Part shown: one piece after another, positions 1 to 13,219 of the stretch
Layout: each line of letters starts with the position of its first letter
How positions within the stretch are numbered: position 1 is the first letter of the stretch
Assembly (NCBI GenBank): GCA_951406725.2
Contig: OX597825.1
Location: 3,348,001-3,412,000 of the forward strand
DNA: 64,000 nucleotides
Origin: Octopus vulgaris
Lineage: Eukaryota
Reading direction: 5' to 3'
Notes under the pieces: generated by a model
What the model saw: the letters and a program-made list of their open reading frames with translations, nothing else
What the model was told of the DNA's origin: nothing
The model's database searches: none
Made by a program: the position numbers and the translations under genes

Positions 1-63
1 TATGAACGAGATCAACCAGTTTCCACACGTTGATGGAATGATATCATAAGTCTTCATCGACAT
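1..63 (-). CDS. Candidate first coding segment of an unidentified gene that runs off the left edge (MSMKTYDIIPSTCGNWLISFI...)
   Basis: Strong minus-strand acceptor: about 50-nt pyrimidine tract (81-134) ending TTTTCGCAG, AG at 77-76, exon starting at 75. ATG at 63 opens a frame of 21 codons that stays open to the edge and turns hydrophobic like a signal peptide. The other frames close quickly (MKLNVDEDL*, YEIECR*), so a terminal-exon reading is also possible. Confidence 0.35.
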   Translation of the reverse strand, partial: MSMKTYDIIPSTCGNWLISFI

Positions 64-229
64 TCAATTTCATAACTGCGAAAAGAAAAAGAGAGAAAAA
101 TGGAAAGAAAAAAGGAAAGGAAAACGAAGAAAAATATTCAATCAAAGAGTTTTGTATAAATTTGATGAAATTCTCCTCCTGTCATTTTATTAATTAATAA
201 CCCGCAAATATATTTCTCCTCGTGCATTT

Positions 230-1190
230 TGAGAATTGGACGGCAAGCAGATTCGGAATATTTTCTGAGGAATATGCACTTTCAAGTCTTTTCCAAAATT
301 GCGACCATTTGAAGCAAAATGTTCGACAATTTCTTTTGCACTACTGTTATTGTGCCTATTAAATCTTTTGTTTAATTATTCTGTTGTACAACCAGCATAA
401 ATCAAGTTCTGATTCATGCATCTTGACGTGTACACCAAGTGGGAATATCTACATGTACCACCTTCTGCATAGATCATAACATTTCTATTATGATTCCTGA
501 ATGAATTCACTTGACTCATGTTGTTCTACAATAAACAGGGCTTACCTCTCTTACGGCTGTTCTTCATGGTACAGAGTAATATACTCCAATGTTAGTTTTA
601 TTGGAGTAAGAAATAGAGGTCAATAGATCACTTATATTATTATTCCATCGACAGGCTACAATTGTGGCTGAGGAAATATGTGTTTGAAACGGGGATATTT
701 TCCCGCAAGATGCTGCTAACTTTCATGCAACACTCTTGAAATAACAGCGAAATTTCGGTGCCAGCTAATTAGTAACGAAATTCTGTCACATCGTAAATTT
801 TATGTTGGACTTCAAGCCGTAGTTTTTAGCACAACAGTCACACAAATGCAAGAAGTCAGTTAAACTACCCTGTGATACTCCCAGACAAACAAGACGACAT
901 CAATGAACCGTAACCAGGTTCTTGGTTCATGACCATGTAGGGATTCTGAATGTCTTAAGTAACCGTGTCTCGAATTTCGTCATGAAGACATTAGCAAAAT
1001 TAACTGCCGTGGGGGTAGGCATGGTGCAATCCCTCCTCTGGTGGTAAAATGTTTGTCCAAACTTCATTGCGTTCGTTCATAATTTAGATTTAAATTTCTA
1101 TCCTTTTGAATTTTTCTGACATTTTATTTTGAACTCGACTAAGACAGGTTTGCAGTCGAAATATCGTTGAACCAATAAAATATCTATTGC
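230..1190 (-). mobile_element. Decayed Penelope-like retroelement (RT plus GIY-YIG endonuclease)
   Basis: Manual minus-strand translation gives NAMKFGQTFYHQRRDCTMPTPTAVNFANVFMTKFETRLL (PLE RT 'FYHQ..GTAMG.P.A..AN.FM..FE'), then TWLRFIDVVLFVW (decayed 'WLRFIDD'). At about 465-350 it gives GGTCRYSHLVYTSRCMNQNLIYAGCTTE*LNKRFNRH (GIY-YIG 'VY...C....YVG.T...L..RF..H'). Many stops and frameshifts; boundaries approximate. Confidence 0.75.
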
Positions 1191-1214
1191 AATCGCACCT
1201 CGCTTTTCGTCTTT

Positions 1215-1224
1215 AATAATAATA

Positions 1225-1256
<32 letters not shown>

Positions 1257-1321
1257 GGTGGTGGCAGTGATGGTGGTGGTGGTGGTAGTGGTGGTAGTGA
1301 TGGTGTTGTTGTTGGTGGTGG

Positions 1322-1361
<40 letters not shown>

Positions 1362-1380
1362 AACAGCAACAACAACAAAA
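1215..1380. repeat. Compound trinucleotide microsatellite (AAT/GAT/GGT/GTT/AAC)
   Basis: Directly visible; explains the poly-S/P ORF 1184..1399. Confidence 0.95.
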
Positions 1381-2239
1381 ATATTATTAATAGTAACACT
1401 CTAAAATATGCAAAAGTGCAGCAAATTTAAGGAATGTGAGAAGTCAATTACATCGAAAGTTTCTCTTCTCTTCAACTTATTCCATAGACCTCCGAAAAAT
1501 GGAACCAATAATGACCTCGGCAAAGGTAGAAGCAATTTCGTTAAGCGTTTTGTCTCGCGAAGTAGGAATTTTACAATGGATATGTATTAATGCCTTCACA
1601 TGTACTAGAAACATTAGCATTTTAATTTTGTTTCAAACACGTTTGCCTGTTTAAATTTTGCTCAATATTATGGGTTGATAATTGATTTATTTTCATATTT
1701 TATGCTCATTAATTTATGTTTGTCTTCCTTGTAAGTAATCGTCAACGTTGCGCTCGTTTCGCTTCAGGTCACCTCTTGTAATTCCCCAATTCAATGATGT
1801 AAAATACTTTACTGCCGCACCTATTACGATTTAACTATTTCTTTCATGCAGTAAAAGTGATTTTGGGGTCGCGTTATCCAAAATTTACTTCATAAAAATG
1901 TGTTCGATATTAAGGACTTATGACTACTACAGAAATAAGGCCGAGTTATATCCAAAGGCGTTGGCTTTGTGCGTTGGCTCATTATAATAATATACTGTAT
2001 CCTTAAACTGTTTAATTCATACATTTCTTAAGAGTGAACAACAAGTCCCCGTCTGTTTTCACTTCCAACCTCAGGAACCAGATATTACCTGCAATAAGTT
2101 TAGAGATCAGTAAAGCGTGAAGGTGACACTCGCCACATTTGTTAACATAATTAATAAATGTTGCTGAAGCTGTTTGAGTTTCTTTGGGCTTTGCTTCTCA
2201 CCTCGCATTCCACCACCCACTTCTCGTTCAACTACACCC

Positions 2240-2348
2240 TTACTTTTTCTTCTTCTCCTCCTCGTCCTTCCCATCCTCCTTCTTCTTCTCTTTCCTCCTT
2301 CTCCTTCTTCTTTTTCTTCTTCTTCTTCTTGTTCTCCTTCTTCTTCTA

Positions 2349-2380
<32 letters not shown>

Positions 2381-2540
2381 TTCTTCTTCTTCTTCTTCTT
2401 CTTCTTCTTCTTCTTCTTCTTCTTCTTTCTCCTTCTTCTTTGCCTCTTTCTTCTTCTTCTTCTTCTTCTTCTTCTTCAACTTCTCCTCCTTTCTCTTCCC
2501 CTCTTCTCCTTCTTCGTCGTCTTTACCTACTTCATTTTCA

Positions 2541-2571
<31 letters not shown>

Positions 2572-2645
2572 CTTCTTCTTCTTCTTCTTCTTCTTTTTCT
2601 TCTTCTACTTCCTGCTGCTGCTGCACATCCCCTTCCTCCTCCTCC

Positions 2646-2676
<31 letters not shown>

Positions 2677-2720
2677 CTTCTTCTTCTTCTTCTTCTTCTT
2701 CTTCTTCTTCTTCTTCTCCT
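2240..2720. repeat. Long (CTT)n-dominated polypyrimidine microsatellite
   Basis: Directly visible; explains the poly-L/F/S/E ORFs at 2158-3178. Confidence 0.95.
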
Positions 2721-2993
2721 TCAACTATGCTTACTATTTTCCCTTACAGAATGTGTGTTTATTACTGTCAACCTTCTCTAAAAACCATCTCAAGAATCAT
2801 TCAAAGATCTCATCAATTCTACCGTTAACACCCGCGCTTAAGCAACCGCCACCACCACTTCGTATCTATGTATGCATATTATGGTTAATAACACAAATAC
2901 ACACTGAAAACAAAAAACGATTCTGTAATACAAGAACAACAAAAGTAATACGCAAACACTTACAAAATGTACCGTCCCATACACACTCACACA

Positions 2994-3032
<39 letters not shown>

Positions 3033-3100
3033 TCATGCACTTTCACATGTATATAAGTGGATGTATAATTACACTTTACCGCGAGTTTGTACGTGTGTGT

Positions 3101-3162
<62 letters not shown>

Positions 3163-3202
3163 TTACACTTTGATCTGAGCCATATGAATAAAGGTATGCG
3201 AA

Positions 3203-3252
<50 letters not shown>

Positions 3253-4720
3253 TGTAATTTTATTATTTCTGTGTATGTATGCATGAGCAGACATGTATAT
3301 GTGAGTGTTTGTGTGTGATTAGAGAGAGAGAGAGAGAGAGAAAGAGGGAAAAGAGAAAGAGAAAGAAAGAGAGAGAGAGAGAGAATGATGAGGGGAGAAA
3401 GTGAGGAGGCAAGGCAGGAGAAGGAGATGAGATCTATCCTCTATTACCTTGCAAGAGTCCTCGCTCAACCCATTTCTTCAAAACAATTTACTAACACTTT
3501 TAATATTTCCTTCAACGCTTTCAAACGTTATATCAGTGTGCAACATCAAATAAATCTCTCGGGGTTTTTTGTTTCCTAAATTACATGCTTCTAGCTACAT
3601 ATTAACACTAGAAGGTAAAAAAAAAATAGTACGGGAAATTTTAATAAATGTAGAGAAACCAGGGAAACATACATAGCCGCACATATAGATATAAATACAC
3701 GTACATGGATGTATATATGTTAAGTATATATTTGTACTTAATCTACTCTTTTCAATACATTCTAATTTTTAGATATTTGAAATATGTTTACTTTAAACTC
3801 TCTTACACTCGTTTAATATCGATTATATACGTAAACATGCCATTCCAGTTTATATATTGATATACGGAACAACGTTGCCATCATGCGTTTCTGTATACAT
3901 GGCCATGTTTAGCGCTAGCAGCGATGACGTCATAGTAACGATGATGATAGTGACGACGACGATTACGATGATGATGGTAATCACGATCATAATAATGATC
4001 ATAATAATGATCATGAAGATCTTGATGCTGCAAATGAAGAAATATAATTTGGGGCGTGTCCTCTTACTGCCTCCCCCCTCGAATTGTCAATGCAATCGTT
4101 GTTGTCTTCGTTGCCATAATCATAATTGTCGTCCTCATCCCCTTTGTTGTCTCAACATCGCATTCGTTGTCGTTATCGTCCCACCCACCCCCCTCTCTCT
4201 CTCCTTCTCATCTCCCTCCTCTAATCCTCCTCATCATATTACCCTTGTTATTGTTTTTTTGTTTCGTTTATCACGGGTGTCCGCGCAAATGTCTTTCCTT
4301 GAATATAAACTTCCTTAAAAACTTCCTAACACAAACATTCCCCTCCTCTTTATTTCGCTACTTTATCTTCTTTAACTTTATATGAGATAGGTCTTAAAAA
4401 CTGGGCACTTACTCGGAATAGTTGACTTTATTCTATCCCATGAGAAACTGTACCATTATTCAAATATTCTTCCATGAAGAGTAGCATGTATGCCAAAATT
4501 CCGCCGGTTACCATTTTTTGTGTAGCAATATTTCATGTTTCACATTTAAGTAAATTTTTTTACTGAATTCAACCAGAGAGAATCTTCTAATTTCAAAACA
4601 TAAATTGTTTTAGTTCTGTACCACAATTGAATTAATAATATTGCCTTACATTGTATATTTTTCTAAGATTAAAGTAAAGAGACTCTTCTATCACAGATTT
4701 GTTTCACATATCTCATATTT

Positions 4721-5126
4721 TCTCTTTTTCTTTTTCTCTTGTTTCATTCATTTTGACTGCGGCCATGCTGGAGCACCGCCATTAATCGAGCAACTCGACC
4801 CCGGGACTTATTCTTTGTAAGCCCAGTACTTATTCTATCGGTCTCTTTTGCCGAACCGCCAAGTGACGGGGACATAAACACAACAGCATCGGTTGTCAAG
4901 CAATGCTAGGGGGACAAACACAGACACACAAACATACACGCACATACATATATACACATATAAACGACGGGCTTCTTTCAGTTTCCGTCTACGAAATCAA
5001 CTCACAAGGCTTTGGTCGGCCCGAGGCTATAGTAGAAGACACTTGCCGAAGGTGCCACGCAGTGGGACTGAACCCAGAACCATGTGGTTGGTAAACAAGC
5101 TACTTACCACACAGCCACTCCTGCGC
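4721..5126 (-). mobile_element. Near full-length tRNA-derived SINE (family A, Octopus-type)
   Basis: Minus strand starts GCGCAGGAGTGGCTGTGTGGTAAG (A box) and has GGGTTCAGTCCC (B box), a central GGCAAGTGTCTTCTACTATAGCCTCGGGCCGACC block, an internal (TA/TG)n spacer and the 3' tail GGCGGTGCTCCAGCATGGCCGCAGTC. Homologous pieces recur at 19527, 26975, 37110, 42033, 56810 and 57170. Confidence 0.9.
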
Positions 5127-7303
5127 ATATATTTCCAAATTTATCATTTTAGAAATGATATTTGTTCAATCACATTGCCCCACAATTAGACTTGGGACCA
5201 TTTTCTATATTTCGGAAGGAGGTAGTCTCAGACATACGCTAACGCCGTCCTCAAACGGGAGGATCCGAAATAAACATTAAAACTCCCACTTATCACCAGT
5301 TTTAACCGATATCATATCTTAACAAGTCTATCAGTAAAATATTATAAATAAGTGTAACTGGGAATGTCCAACATTGTCTTTTGTACAAGAATACTATTTA
5401 ATTCCCTACATAAAATCACCCTATATAAACTCATTGATAAGTACAGTACCAAGGAACATGAAGAAGAATCAGTTCCCTAATCGAAAATTCATAGAATTAT
5501 ACACGCATAACGATTTTTAATTAATTTCATCGAATTTGATACTATGTGTATTTGTTTATATCATAACCGACCTCCCATTTAACTGATGACTGCTAAATAC
5601 CTTAGGGCAGGGTGTTTTTGTGTAAATATATTTCTTCTGTCGGTGCATCATCAAAGGCATGGCTGATATTTAGATCAACTTCACCCCATAGATCTTTTTA
5701 AATAAAATTCTCGTAGTTTTTATTCAAATTACTGCTGCAGAGTTATTTACTGTCACTATGACTTTTTCCTTCATTACTCTTTGAATTTACATATATCTTA
5801 CGAAAATGTCTCCATTTTCAGCTTCACAGACTCACTCAAAAGTGCTAGAATACTTCTCTATCTAATTTTATTTCATTCAGTGACCAGTTTTACTGAGATT
5901 TTCAATTTCACAGTTAGTTAATTTTCCATTTAGCTAGTTATTCTGATTCAATTTAAATGCGGTAACTTGCCAATAATAAAATTGAATGTATCTGCTAAAG
6001 CCTAACCTCACTACGCAAATTAAGTACAACACCTGAAGAACTTAAATTTTGCCTTCATCGTAAGTACGTGGGTTTTTTCTATGCTAGTTGGAACTATGTG
6101 TTTGCGTTACGAGATAATGACACGTTAAAATCAAATACGCCAAGCGTAAACGGTTTTGCGTGCTTTTGTAACTAAAATATTCCTATGAATGTTTGAATGA
6201 GTACGACTATAAGTGAATGGCTTAAATGCTGCTTAAATATAAACTGTAAAGTGAAGAATGTCTAAATAGTCAACTAAAACCTTATGAGAATTCAGTCAAT
6301 GAATAGGATAGGGAAAATAATTAAATTTACTCAAGAAACAGGTACGATTTCATACCTTGGTATTTTGCTGAGTATTTTGAAATTTCTATTCATTCAAAAT
6401 CACTGCAGTCAATATCACTATAGACATTCGTATACCACAAGTAAATTACTTATTCTTGTGTCTAGATAAAGCATTTATTCGAAGTGTAAGAAAAACGGGT
6501 GAGTTATATATTAGCTAGATGTGTTTTTTTTATGACTGGAGTCCACTTACTACTTTCGCATTTAATATTTCTTTTTTTAATTCTGGGAGAAAAAAATTAT
6601 TATCAACATAACATAAATGAAATTACTATTGATTAATTACATGATCATATTTCAATGTTAGGTCTAATATATCAGAATTTTATTCAAAAGGCGATTTATA
6701 TCGCTTTCGTTTACTACCATGAAACCTTTGAGAGCTGCAAGGTTGTGCAATCAATAGAGTACCTAGAACGTGGTTTTCAATCTCTCATTGATCATGTTCT
6801 ACCCTGTATTGTACCAGTACAGTGTATTTACTGCACATTCACTGTGATGTACTGCAGAAATATCTGGTGTTACCAAATATTTCATTATCCTTCTTGGTTT
6901 CCTTCCCACCATTAAACTGCATGTTTACCAGCAGCATGAGCCCAATGGCTCCGTTCCAGTGTTCTCACTTCATAACGTCTCATTACAGAATAATTTATTA
7001 ATATGTACTGTTAATATCTCTCCATGCAATGCAGCAGTGTCATGTAACAAAATTAATCAAACAGTTATTGCTTACGCTGATAGTGACAGCATTTAAAATG
7101 CCGTGGGCATTCATGATAGACAGTTCCAATTTCCAAATTAAGTTAATCTAGGAACATAGATTAAGGGATGTTCTATGTCAATAGTGAATCATCACAAAAA
7201 TTATATGATAATTCAATAGTGTTAATACTGTAGAATCTATTACAATTGAGAGTGTGTAATTGATATCATAGGATCATTACGGATGTCCATTAGAGCAGAA
7301 ACA

Positions 7304-8528
7304 TAAGCGGATGGGCTGAAAAGTTCATAGGCTGACTATGAAAGCTTTATCCCAGAAATACGAAATCTCGCGTGCATTAATTTCAACTCTACTTATGTAT
7401 AATTTAATCGTTTCTTTCCAGGTAAACTGATTAAAGAAAACTTCAGAAATAACTAGTAGCGACCTGTTTTTAAAATGGACAAAATTTAGATAGTGCTGAT
7501 ATTAATTAACTGCGGGAATCCCGAAGGACAGCCATGCTGACATGGTTAGTAGAGAAGCCGTCGAGGCTCTAGGTTTATCAACAGTGCAAAATCGGGCAGA
7601 TGAAATTAGGAAGAGAAGGAAGAGTGTTGAAGACCTGACTTGTAGATGTCCTGCCACTTCCAACAGTTAGGAATATATTCATCGTGTTCAACACATGATG
7701 ATGAATGTCTGGTAGATCAATTTAAATCAAATAGCCACTACTATAAGCAGTGGAGTATGTTCTGCGCAATAAATTGGCATGGCCAACGTTTCTTTTCGGT
7801 GCGTGCCACTTCTGAGATTTGATCAAAAGCGCTCTTGGCTGATCACATCACATCAAAATCTGACATTGTTTGAGGTAGAGTCAGCTAGTAACCTTGAAAG
7901 CTTCTTACACCATGACGGATGTTTGGTTAATCTGTTTGAGCCAGATATAGACACAATCTATGTCGAAGAATCACCATTCCTCACCTGCTCTCACGAATAC
8001 CAAGATCGTTCCATTTGCAGAGAAGTTGAAGCCATCAATTTTTTGGGGTGCAAAAGGCATTACGTCTATTGTCTATCTAGAAAATGGCCACATCATTAGT
8101 GGAGTGTACTATGCAAATTTGCTGAGGCAATTACGAAAGGTTATGATGACCAAACGCGTAGGAAAACTGAGAAAGGAGCTTTATTTTATCAGGATAATGC
8201 TCCAACTTACAAAGTTTTGACTTTAATGCCCGCTGTGCATGATTGTGACCTTAATCTACTGGGTCACCCTCTTTATGCTCATGACGTTTTCACATTTAAC
8301 TATCATTTGTTCTCAAATATGAAAAAAAGACTTGACGTCACATCAGTAGTTCATCTCTATTTTACGAAAGAAATGAAAGCTTATTCATCAATGGGATTCA
8401 AGTACTGCGACACCGATGGAAGGAGTATGTGGACTGGAAGTGCGACTATTTTGTAAAACAAATTTTATTTGGTCACATTTCATGAGAGTGTATTAATCGA
8501 GTGATAAACATTTCAGTCGACCCGCGTA
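7304..8528 (+). mobile_element. Full-length decayed mariner DNA transposon (about 1.2 kb)
   Basis: TA-flanked degenerate TIRs (TAAGCGGATGGGCTGAAAAGTT; right end reverse-complement TACGCGGGTCGACTGAAATGTT). Transposase remnants GVYYANLLRQLRKVMMTKRVGKLRK and AVHDCDLNLLGHPLYAHDVFTFNYHLFSNMKKRL, a decayed HPPYSPDLAPSDY.LF..MKK.L motif. Confidence 0.9.
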
Positions 8529-9699
8529 CAGCTACCCCAAGGATATTCTACCTACTAATTTGTTATTTACGACCCCATAAATATAACACAAGGTTTTGTA
8601 AACGAGGAAACTGCCCAACATCGGGAACAAAATTTTGTTCATGCTAGTGTCAATTCGACTGATTTCAGTTCTAAATTCTGTCACTAAACATGTTTGACAA
8701 TAACCAAATCGCAGTGCGGTACCCACAACTCTAAATTTTACTTACAGGGCACATATTTTCAAACTGAGAACAGCTCCCCCTGAGGGGAATTGCCCAAATT
8801 TATTAGTCCTCAAAGCATGAAATAAACATATTTTCTTTTCTTTGTCATGAAAAAAAAAAGAAACCAAAAGAGGAAATATTTCGTCAATAAGAAATGTTCC
8901 AAAGATGTCTATACTTTTGAAATAAAAATCAGTGTGGAAGAATGAAAATCCAACTAATCCGATTAGCACTGAATGAGTATACAAAAGTTAATTTTATATA
9001 TAGATTTAAATACAAGTTGGGTTCAATGCTGTAAACGCCAGAGCAATTTACGAATTAAAAAATATTAGCATTATTTCTCATGTTTTAATTTATCTCCTTG
9101 GAGTTATATATATATATACACACACACATACACATATATATAGATATAGATAGCTATATATACATACATACACACACACATCCATTAGAACATACAAGAG
9201 GTGATTATTATGTTTAAGGGAACATGACAATTCTGTTCATTGTTTATATTTTGAGCTCGCCGGATTTCAATCTTTATCGAATTTCCTCCTAAAGCAATAT
9301 GTTTTAGTCGATCTCCTCCATGGGAATACTTCCGTGGTGACTCAGAGAAGGCGAAAGTCCTTCTTCCACAAATCGCAAAGACGCAACAAAAGCAGGATAC
9401 TATGTTACAACAACTCTATCATCTTAATCCTTGTGTACGTGTCTTCTATTGAATATATGCAATTCATTGACCAATAAGACTGAGTCTTCCCCAGGCAAAA
9501 TATTCCATCAATATTCATTTACACTACGTGTTAGAAGATGCTTTTGTGTTATATAAAAAAGTGACTATATTTTTGCTCGGCATCCACATCGTTTCCTGAG
9601 GAAAATATAATTTGAACCGTATTTCATATTTAGAGAACTCAAAGATGAAATTTTCAGACTAAAACCTTCATCGTCATTATACTGCATGGTGCCACAAGC

Positions 9700-9890
9700 A
9701 TCATTATTGGCAGCAACTATATTCCCATGCCAAAATCGCCACCCACCATAGTTGTCTCTATTGTAATGTTAAGACGGTTAGACATAGCAGTCAATGAGTA
9801 TTCGATTAGTGACCAACTATTTTAAAGAAAAGAAATGGCACTTTTGAAACGGTAAACACAAATATACAGCCCTGAGATTTTGAACCCATG
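9700..9890 (-). mobile_element. Possible relic of a LINE AP-endonuclease domain
   Basis: One frame (one stop) reads SGLYICVYRF...ETTMVGGDFG, resembling the APE motifs 'IG.YRP' and 'I.GGDFN' at plausible spacing. Confidence 0.35.
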
Positions 9891-11441
9891 TGCACATTAG
9901 CAACACCTGTGGTATCTAAGGAAAGTGAACTGTAACTACTTGATCATCAATAGTCCAATCTGATGTTCTCCATATTGTAGGAACCTCTGTTTTAATATTA
10001 AGTTATACTTTATACGTTATACTAGAACCTGTCCCTAAAAACTTTGTCTTCTTAAGTATGTGTTATTTAGTACGAGTGTAAATATTCTTGTGACAACCTA
10101 GAGATAGTGTTAATTCCCCATGAAATAAAACGTGTATAAAATAACGATATATTGTGCAATAAACTATACCAAAAACCTATATATTGAAAGGAAAAGAAAT
10201 TATGTACCTTTGCAATAATATTTATTAGATCAAATATTCGCACAACAAAAGGACAAATACACTGCATGACAAACGTTAGATTTGGTATATACTAAAAAAA
10301 ACACGAACAGGAAGTATAGTAAAATCGTGACTCAAATGTATTCAAGCTAGAAAAATAAGCGCTTTATTAAAATTATTAAAAAAAAAATCTCGAAATGCAT
10401 TACGCCATGATGCATAGAAAGTAACACAATAAGTAAACTAGAAAAATGCCCAAAGTAAAACGTTTGTTAAAATGGATTAAACATTCATTCTGGGAAACGT
10501 AAGCCTGTGAACAATATGTAAAAGCTGGTGTCAAAACTAATTTTGATAGCATACGTGAAACGTGTGAACTTAATAACTCTTACAATTATACTGCGATTAT
10601 GTTACCTTGTTAATAAGCACACACTTAAGAAATGCGATTACAATGCAATACATCGTGTCATAAAAAACGAATCGCTGATACACATATTTTCAACCCAAAA
10701 TGTATAATGGGGAATTTTCTACCTATATATGAGTGTTTGTGAGTGTGTGAATGTGTTTGTGATGGAGTGTATTCCTTTATATGCGTGCGGTGTGCGTGCG
10801 AGGAAGATAACAAGCGTGAAATAGAGATAGAGGGTGGACGAGAGGGGGAGTAGGTGACCGAAACAGGCAAGTCTATTACAGTTAATAGGAATACATGTAT
10901 AATTCGGGAAATGATATATAAGAGAATTCTGTAAGAAGAAAGGAAATTGAAAAAAAAAACATGTCAGGAATGATGTATTTTGTCATTTCACCAAGCATAT
11001 TATTTTTGATTTCAAGCTGCCAGTGATTTCCTAAGAGAATAGTTACAGTCTTCTTATTTAACCTATATGCAGGTAATTTAAGATTATCAAATAACATTTA
11101 ATAAATAACCTATTGAACTCTTAACGTATATAGAGCCACGTATTGTGTGAGGAAACATCATTTTCTCTCTTCTCTTTACTTTTGACGCATATTTTTATTT
11201 TAAATTTTTCTTATGATAGTGCTATATATATATTTGACAGTGTCATATTATACGACGGTGCCTTGTTATGATAGAGTCGTCTTATGTGTCATATTATGAT
11301 ACTGTCATATATGTAGCAATTCTATATTTGAATACTTAATGGCTACACAAATAAATGCATAATTAATGACACTCGGTTAAGGATTTGGTATCAGCTTTTT
11401 TCATGTATTTCTGTTAAACACAGGTACGGTACATTGTATAT

Positions 11442-11510
11442 CTGGCAGAATCGTTAGCACGCGTGGCAATATACTTAGCAGCAATTCGTCCGTCCTTACG
11501 TTCTAAGTTC
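11442..11510 (+). mobile_element. 5' fragment of SINE family B
   Basis: CTGGCAGAATCGTTAGCACGC...CTTAGC...TTACGTTCTAAGTTC matches the head of the copy at 58211-58441. Confidence 0.6.
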
Positions 11511-11559
11511 ATCAATTTTTGGTTGTTCCTGTACCGCAATCTTACTTTTGCCAGTTTCC

Positions 11560-12290
11560 ATATTTTGCATCAAATCTTGATATTGTATAACCTGTTCTAA
11601 GTATTTTTTAAGCGCATCGAGGTTTATACGATATTTGCTATGATGTTTTTGCTTGGGTTTTCTAGAATGTTTTATTTTGTTTTAATATTCACTCGCCTAG
11701 CATCGTTACATCCATCAGCAGAGATCCAATCTGTTTTTCTATTGCTACTTCCCACTTAAGGGGTTTATTGAAATGTATGGTCTTTTTTTCTTGTCAGTTG
11801 AGCAGGTATTACTTTAGCAATGGAACAGAAAATATTATTTAAGGTTGTTAAATCATTTTCATTGTTTCTTAAGATCTAAGAGCAAGGTCTTAGATTTTTT
11901 CTTAAGGTCTAAAACAAATTTATGGATCATGGTTTTCCAGATGTTGTTTGCGCCGTTTTTAAACATTAATCGCGGATTCCACAGATTCCTTAATATTTTA
12001 TCTTTTACTCACTTCAAATCTGTCATTTCATATCTTCGCTCTTCTTTAGTCAGCTGTTGCGTTATTCAGATTTCTTGCCCTTAAACTATGCCCCGTGTCT
12101 CCGTTACCTATTATATATGTAGGGTTGCTGCTTTTATAGGGTTCACCACTAGATATTTGAGTCTTAATATGATCAGCGTCAGTTAATGCTTTGTACTTTA
12201 TAATATTTCTACGCACATCACTTAATTTATTTACATCAATATAGCCCCACCTTCGTTAATTATCTTTCATATCTGAGCATAACAGTTTAG
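11560..12290 (-). mobile_element. Possible old relic of an R4/Dong-type LINE N-terminal region
   Basis: Minus frame at about 11765-11690 reads PLKWEVAIEKQIGSLLMDVTMLGE, similar to the 'P.W..R.EK.I..LR.D...L' motif upstream of R4-clade RT. Extent is a guess. Confidence 0.3.
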
Positions 12291-13000
12291 TGTTGTTTTA
12301 AACTCGGTGAACTTTTGCCCCTTTAACTGTTTCTTTGCGGAAAATCGTTTTATTTTTGTTTTTGTTTTGTTTTGCTTCTCTTCTGACACGTGTTCGTTGC
12401 GTGTGCTTCTGTATGTGTTCATTCAAACATTTTTTACGTCGCTTATAAATAAATATTGGTGCTAAATTTTGGAATAAGACCAGCAGTTTCGGATGGGTTA
12501 GGGTTAGGGAATTCGTTCCAAGCGCCCTACTGAAATGCAGTGTCGGCCTCAGCAGGATTTGTGTTAATAGATAAACAAACACACATACAATACCAAAGTG
12601 TATGAAGATTTCCTTCAACTACTTTAATAATCAAAGGTCCTAAATCCCTGTCTCTCATAGGAAGACTGCAAATCTTAAGGGCACTCTACCTGTACCGTAT
12701 AAAATATAATGGTTAGTCTAAATTACCCTGTAATTATGCCGTGCATTTAAATCACTGGTCTAAAAATATTTTCAATACGATGACTTTGGTAGTCCAGTGT
12801 ATGGATATGAATTAAATTCTTTCTAATTTGTGAAAATTAATGACATTTATTTGTCTTGAGTGAAACATTATTTGAGTGACAGCGGCTCTGTCACAGGAGT
12901 GCTGCTAGACTTTATTTCCCCCAGGTGATGTAGGACACACACTGTATATTTATGTGTATCTCACTATAAAAGTGGTGGTGCAATAGCTGTAAGCAATGCT

Positions 13001-13219
13001 GGTTTCAGATTTTGGCACAAGGTGAGCAATTTTGGGGGCGTGTGTGGGATGAATCGATTAAATTGATATGAGTTTCCAAATGTTAATAATAATATAAGCC
13101 CCGAAATGATGAAAGGCAAAGCTGACCCCGGCAGCATTTCAACTCAGAAAGTAAAGACGGACGAAATGCCACTTCGCCTTTCGCCTGGCGTTCGAATTAT
13201 TCTGTCAACTCGTCGCCTT
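13001..13219 (-). mobile_element. tRNA-derived SINE family B, diverged copy
   Basis: CCCCGAAATGATGAAAGGCAAAGCTGACCCCGGCAGCATTTCAACTCAGAA...GACGAAATGCC aligns by eye with 58137-58210 and 58320-58441. Confidence 0.8.

Noticed and set aside
1408-1654. 17-nt match (CAAACACGTTTGCCTGT) to 33760-33776 and faint gag-like translation
   Set aside because: The flanks do not align and the protein resemblance is too weak to call.
2080-2100. CAG|GTAA juxtapositions on the minus strand (also near 18313, 22750, 26293) as possible recursive splice sites
   Set aside because: The polypyrimidine tracts are weak and such 7-mers are expected by chance in 64 kb.
2158-3178. Long ORFs of 135-334 aa (poly-L/F/S/E)
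   Set aside because: They are translations of (CTT)n and (TA)n microsatellites, with no real protein signature.
4721-5126. tRNA gene
   Set aside because: The A and B boxes belong to a SINE head that continues into SINE body; there is no complete cloverleaf or terminator.
5583-5612. CTGATGA followed by a CTGC/GCAG hairpin
   Set aside because: No GAAA box or stem III follows, so it is not a hammerhead.
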